Shown here one piece after another: positions 59,477-64,000 of a DNA stretch of 64,000 bases; position 1 is the first letter of the stretch; the number at the start of each line of letters is the position of its first letter. Source of the DNA: an uncultured virus (IMG/VR IMGVR_UViG_3300021599_000853) (Duplodnaviria > Heunggongvirae > Uroviricota > Caudoviricetes); the IMG/VR virus record IMGVR_UViG_3300021599_000853, positions 1 to 64,000 of that record, one strand, 5' to 3'. A program made the position numbers and the translations under genes. The notes below the pieces were generated by a model. The model saw only the letters and a list, made by a program, of their open reading frames with translations. It was not told the DNA's origin and did no database searches.

Positions 59477-60343
59477 TTACAAAAGTTCTTTTATTTTATT
59501 TTCATTTAATATTTCATTTAATATATTGACATTAGATTCTACCGTTCCATTTTCTTTAAACCATTTATACCCATTTTCAGATATAAAAGTTAACAATTCA
59601 ATATCGTCTTTAATTGAATTAAATTTATCTAAAATTATTTCTGTTTGTATTTTTGGATTTGAATTATATTCAAAAGAAATATAATGATAATCTGGCACTA
59701 AATCATTATGAAATTTTTGGGATAATAAAGGACGTAATAATACTGATCTTGAACTTAAGATCTCCATGTCGCGATTACAAATTTCGGCGGCACCATTTAA
59801 AGATAAATTAATCCTATTGTTTGTTAATTCGTTGAAATAATTCTCTATTGGAAAATTTTTTTTATCTGTAATATTTAAAATACCATGATTTTTTAGATTT
59901 AATCTATCACCATACAAATATCCTCTAAACATCAAATCATTATTTTCTTTTTCTGACATATGTTTTGCCGTGTTATGTATTTCATCAAATATTAAATCAT
60001 AACACAAATAAGAAGAAGGTATATTATCTATATTGTATTTATTACCACAAGAAGATATTATCCCTTTACATAAATCAAATTTCCAACCATGTACTGAATA
60101 CGTTAAATCTATCATATGGTCCCAATATGATATGACAAAATATTTTTCAGTATCTTTATTTTTTATTGTCATTAAATGTGGTGAATATATACCACCGGGT
60201 TCACCATTATATTTAGAACCAAATTCAATATAATCAAATTCAAAATAATTAAATTTTTCTTTTATTTTTTCATGTAACTTTTTAAAAACATGAAAAACAG
60301 ACCACCTTGTGTGAGGATGTTGATATCCTATTTCTACTTTCAT
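59477..60343 (-). CDS. Putative glycosyltransferase (GT-B C-terminal-like)
   Basis: LSLNGAAEICNRDMEIL, LVPDYHYI, ISENGYKW. Confidence 0.65.
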   Translation of the reverse strand: MKVEIGYQHPHTRWSVFHVFKKLHEKIKEKFNYFEFDYIEFGSKYNGEPGGIYSPHLMTIKNKDTEKYFVISYWDHMIDLTYSVHGWKFDLCKGIISSCGNKYNIDNIPSSYLCYDLIFDEIHNTAKHMSEKENNDLMFRGYLYGDRLNLKNHGILNITDKKNFPIENYFNELTNNRINLSLNGAAEICNRDMEILSSRSVLLRPLLSQKFHNDLVPDYHYISFEYNSNPKIQTEIILDKFNSIKDDIELLTFISENGYKWFKENGTVESNVNILNEILNENKIKELL

Positions 60344-60344
60344 T

Positions 60345-61151
60345 TTATCTTTCTGTTGCGTGTTGTACTAATGCTCTTGGACCTACTTTATAACCATTCG
60401 CGGTAAAAACTTTACCCCAAACAAAATGATGCCAACCAATATCAAATGGTTTAAATCCAGCAACTAATGCGGAAACACCAATTTCAAACCCTTCCGCCCA
60501 TGTACCATAAGAAAAATCTTTATTTACTAAATAATCATGAAACCATTTCCATTGATCTACCATTTTTCTTAATTTTTTGTCTCTATTTACAAAAATTAAT
60601 AAATATTCTGCCGGCAATGATGCATCGTCCCATTCTGATTTTTGATTTTTATCTAAATCATAGTTATATATTTTGTGCCAAAAAATACCATGATCTCTTT
60701 TATTTTTTTCATTATAATCCTTTATGAAGTCCCCCCAACGATAATCGGTTCTCGGACCAAAAAAGTCATATCCTTGATCTAACTTTTCTTTAGTAAAATC
60801 TAATACCATATTTTCATCCCACCAATCAAAAGAATTATCACAATCTGTAAAAATTACTATTGTGTCGTCTAAATCCATAACAGGAATTAGAGATAGGTAT
60901 CTCATATTAAAATTAAAATCATTACTCAATTTATTTTCACCAATAGGTATTCTGATTTTAACATCATCCCTATTCATTTTATTTATCTTAATTCTTTCAT
61001 TGTCACCAAATTTTTCTTTAATTATATCTTCACAGTCTGTTGTGATATAAAAGTCTATATTACTAAGTCTCAATACATCTTCTATCATCCTACATGTATA
61101 GTCTTTTGTATAATTTTTACCAAAACTTAAAGTTGTTAATGCAATTTTCAT
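60345..61151 (-). CDS. Putative GT-A glycosyltransferase
   Basis: FYITTD, FNFNMRY, IFTDCD (DxD), EGFEIG. Confidence 0.55.
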   Translation of the reverse strand: MKIALTTLSFGKNYTKDYTCRMIEDVLRLSNIDFYITTDCEDIIKEKFGDNERIKINKMNRDDVKIRIPIGENKLSNDFNFNMRYLSLIPVMDLDDTIVIFTDCDNSFDWWDENMVLDFTKEKLDQGYDFFGPRTDYRWGDFIKDYNEKNKRDHGIFWHKIYNYDLDKNQKSEWDDASLPAEYLLIFVNRDKKLRKMVDQWKWFHDYLVNKDFSYGTWAEGFEIGVSALVAGFKPFDIGWHHFVWGKVFTANGYKVGPRALVQHATER

Positions 61152-61699
61152 AATTGTTTTTTCTTTTTAAATGCACAATAATAATATGTTTTATCACCCA
61201 CGTCAATTCTTTTTTTGTAGTTAAAATTTTTATATTCAATTAATTCTAACATTGGATAAAATGTTGACATAATTTCATCATCTAAATCTGGTTGTAAGTG
61301 TATTTCGTATTTGTTTCCAAATACTTCATTTTGGGGTAAATAATAAGGAACTACGACTATTAATTCATTACATTTATCTTTTAATTTATGTAATAACTTT
61401 ATTCCGTCCTCTCTAGATAAATGTTCTAATATATCTCCCATGATTATTATATCATAATGATCAAAATTAAAATCTAATATATTAATATTGAATACATTAT
61501 CATACATTTTTTCTAAATCATATTCTTTTATGTATGGTTCCCATATTTCAACCGCATCAAACTTTTTAAAATGATGATTTAATAATTTATAATAAAAACC
61601 ATGACCACAACCAATATCTAATATTGAACAAGAGTCATCATAGTTTTCACATAAGTATTCTTTAATTTCTGTGGATAAGTATCCCCAATTTCCTGGCAT
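61148..61699 (-). CDS. Class I SAM-dependent methyltransferase
   Basis: ILDIGCGHG, YDIIIMGDILEHL. Confidence 0.85.
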   Translation of the reverse strand: MPGNWGYLSTEIKEYLCENYDDSCSILDIGCGHGFYYKLLNHHFKKFDAVEIWEPYIKEYDLEKMYDNVFNINILDFNFDHYDIIIMGDILEHLSREDGIKLLHKLKDKCNELIVVVPYYLPQNEVFGNKYEIHLQPDLDDEIMSTFYPMLELIEYKNFNYKKRIDVGDKTYYYCAFKKKKQL

Positions 61700-61706
61700 A
61701 TAATTA

Positions 61707-62960
61707 TTAATTTAATTGTCCTGTTATCCTTTCACACCAACCTTTTGATTCACTATGTGGCCAAACAACCCAATATTTTGGTTTATGTGAAGTCTGAAAT
61801 TCCCTCCAAATTTTACAATATTTATCAGGATCATTTAACATTCTATTTATTTCAGATTTATCGGCATCTTTTCTAAATATTGTTTCGTCTTTGTCATTGT
61901 GAAATGCCACTACCCAAAAATCGTAATCTTTTTCAGGAACCTGATTGTAATTTATATCTATACAATGTTTAAATATTTTTGCAAAACTTTTCTTCCAATC
62001 TTCTTCATTATCAAATTCGTATGGGTTTGGTGGATATTTTTTATCTAATGTGTGTTGTTGTACTGATCTTTCACTAAATAATAATCCGGTATACTTTTCA
62101 TAATCTCTTAATGTTCTTTCATTACCAAACCCATATATTCCAAATTCTTCCGAATTAAAAATTTCACCATCCATACCAAACAATCTTCTGTTTTTTAGAT
62201 GGGACCTTTTATTTTTATCTACCCAAGACCTATCATCATCCCATTGTTTTGTTCTACCCTTTCTTGTATATTCGTGCCAAATAACAACTCTATGTGGGTG
62301 AAATAAATCATATCCATGTGTATATGCCCTTGCGGCAATTGATATTTCCTCACCGTGAAAATAAAATTCAGGATCATGTTGAACTTCTTTAGAAAACGAA
62401 CCCAAAGTAAAACAAAAATGTGCAGAATAAAATCTAGCAGGTATCGGTTCATTTAAATCTCTCCAACCAGGAATTGTTTCAGGTAAAAAAAACACCGCTC
62501 CCTCTGGTATAAACCTATCAAAAACCATTCTCCAAGGATCTTTAACTCTACCATTTGGGTCATTATCTGGATCAAATGATGATACATATCCTGTTAATAG
62601 TGGTTTTTTATGTCCTTTATCCTGTAATTGTTTAATCATTCCGATTAACATCTCATCCCAGTCTTTTTCAAAACGCATATGGGAATCTATTTGTAATGTA
62701 TACTCTTCCCCATCATATTGTTGTTGTGTTAAATTTCTAGCCCAACAAACACCTTTTGATTCTGTATACGGAATATCAATTACTTTAAATCTTTCATCTG
62801 TTTTAAATTCAGATAGATCGTCAAAATTATCGTCTACATGGTATTGTCTCGCAATACTTAAACGTAAATTTTCAGGAAATTTTGAATTTTCCAACATGTT
62901 TTTTATTGTTGGAATTAATTGAGGGTCTCTGTAGGATGCAATTTGCACAAAAATTCTCAT
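61707..62960 (-). CDS. GlcNAc-transferase, GT60/Skp1 Gnt1-like
   Basis: IFVQIASYRDP, KGVCWARN, LQIDSHMRF, FHGEEI, YTHGYDLF, WHEY. Confidence 0.85.
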   Translation of the reverse strand: MRIFVQIASYRDPQLIPTIKNMLENSKFPENLRLSIARQYHVDDNFDDLSEFKTDERFKVIDIPYTESKGVCWARNLTQQQYDGEEYTLQIDSHMRFEKDWDEMLIGMIKQLQDKGHKKPLLTGYVSSFDPDNDPNGRVKDPWRMVFDRFIPEGAVFFLPETIPGWRDLNEPIPARFYSAHFCFTLGSFSKEVQHDPEFYFHGEEISIAARAYTHGYDLFHPHRVVIWHEYTRKGRTKQWDDDRSWVDKNKRSHLKNRRLFGMDGEIFNSEEFGIYGFGNERTLRDYEKYTGLLFSERSVQQHTLDKKYPPNPYEFDNEEDWKKSFAKIFKHCIDINYNQVPEKDYDFWVVAFHNDKDETIFRKDADKSEINRMLNDPDKYCKIWREFQTSHKPKYWVVWPHSESKGWCERITGQLN

Positions 62961-63015
62961 ATCTTTTTTTCAAAAAATACGAGAATTTAAATAATTGTGA
63001 ATATTAAATTATAAT

Positions 63016-63618
63016 TTATATTGCCAATTTTTTGATAAATAACCTTGTTGGTGAATCATTGGTTGACGATGGGAATGGTGTGTTTGTTGAAGGATTTATA
63101 GATACGGTATAAAATGTTGGTGTCGTTACTTGAATAATTATATTTCCATATATTATTTGATCCGCAGTTGTTTCAGCACTTTTAAAGTCTGAAATCATCG
63201 TACCTACTGTCATTGAACCATTTGATGTGGTTGAACTGTTTAATCTAACTGTCACATCAATATTGTTGAATAAATCGAAAATATGTACACTTGAGATTAT
63301 TTCATAATACCCCGGTTCTTTAAAGTGTATTCTAGCTCCGGTATTACCCGTTTGACCCGAGTTTACCAATTCAAAAATACCAGTATTACTATTAAAAATG
63401 GTTGTATTCCATCTTGGATAATTTTCGGTTGCGTTTGTTAAGTTTGCGTAGCCAGACCCAGCAATATTCTCCCAAGAAAATGCGGCGGCCCCACTATCTA
63501 AGAAAACAGATTTAGTAACTTTGAAAGTTTCAGTTTCTCCACTATTATTCATTATTACATAAGAACCTGTTGTGTCTCCTGTAAATAAAGGTAATTGACT
63601 TATTTTAGTATTAGCCAT
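63016..63618 (-). CDS. Putative virion fibre/decoration protein (C1q/TNF-like C-terminus possible)
   Basis: MANTKISQLP N-terminus typical of phage fibre proteins; beta-rich; TATTTAT upstream. Confidence 0.5.
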   Translation of the reverse strand: MANTKISQLPLFTGDTTGSYVIMNNSGETETFKVTKSVFLDSGAAAFSWENIAGSGYANLTNATENYPRWNTTIFNSNTGIFELVNSGQTGNTGARIHFKEPGYYEIISSVHIFDLFNNIDVTVRLNSSTTSNGSMTVGTMISDFKSAETTADQIIYGNIIIQVTTPTFYTVSINPSTNTPFPSSTNDSPTRLFIKKLAI

Positions 63619-63697
63619 GATCTTTTTTATTTATAAATATGTCGTTATTATGTTTTTTATTAAATATATATTATTTTGATTTAAAAATAAACAAATT

Positions 63698-64000
63698 TTA
63701 ATCTATAGTTCCCACCTGCCAAAAAGTTTTCCCCGATAAAATAATTTTTTCATCAGAACTTTTACCCAAAACAATATGTGTTTCAGTTACACCCGTATTT
63801 GAATAGTTTACGGTTTGACCTGTCCACGGTGATATATTTATGGAATCTGCAACATCATCTATTCTATTTGCGTAACCATAATACGTTACACCACTAAGTA
63901 ATCCTCCCGCAAAAACTAAACCGACAATTTTTCTTGTTCCCGAGAAATCTGCAACAAGAGCAGATCCAGAATCTCCACCATTTATTGGGAATGCACATAT
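63698..64000 (-). CDS. C-terminal part of a trypsin-like (S1) serine protease; runs off the window (not in ORF track)
   Basis: Frame reads ICAFPINGGDSGSALVADFSGTRKIVGLVFAGG...QVGTID*; GDSGS catalytic-serine motif. Confidence 0.8.
   Translation of the reverse strand: MCAFPINGGDSGSALVADFSGTRKIVGLVFAGGLLSGVTYYGYANRIDDVADSINISPWTGQTVNYSNTGVTETHIVLGKSSDEKIILSGKTFWQVGTID

Noticed and set aside
1..64000. Stop-codon reassignment, tRNAs, introns/inteins, integrase or transposases
   Set aside because: Core genes are full length in the standard code with TAA, TAG and TGA as stops; polymerase, helicase and RNR show no obvious intein-like insert; no cloverleaf or mobile-element gene seen by eye

Overview
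AT-rich, densely coding segment of a large contractile-tailed (T4-like/myovirus-type) dsDNA phage, almost all on the minus strand, standard genetic code. It holds a tail/baseplate/neck module: sheath, tube, gp26-like chaperone, tape measure, hub, gp53-, gp25- and gp6-like wedge proteins, neck proteins and several large or Thr/Pro-rich accessory virion proteins. A replication block is interleaved: family B polymerase, DnaB/gp41 helicase, 5'-3' exonuclease, RecA/UvsX, gp32-like SSB, class II RNR and a SNF2 helicase. The right end carries a six-gene glycosyltransferase/methyltransferase cluster. A-rich, Shine-Dalgarno-less starts and a TTTG-N20-TATATTTA promoter suggest a Bacteroidota host (inference). 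Best leads: (1) a candidate virion O-glycosylation system, namely a GT60-like transferase cluster, mucin-like (Thr-Pro)n tracts and a pervasive [S/T]-G-x-T motif in structural proteins; (2) a hidden gp51-like tail chaperone frame reached by a +1/-2 frameshift at UUU_UUU_CGC; (3) a pseudoknotted RNA candidate downstream of RNR/DUF5522; (4) a parS-like site in an origin-like spacer; (5) an unannotated RHH gene with an operator-like array; (6) a TATTTAT promoter-like motif. The ORF track gives 49206..50957 as minus, but the sequence shows it is on the plus strand. All family calls are by motif recognition, without database searches.
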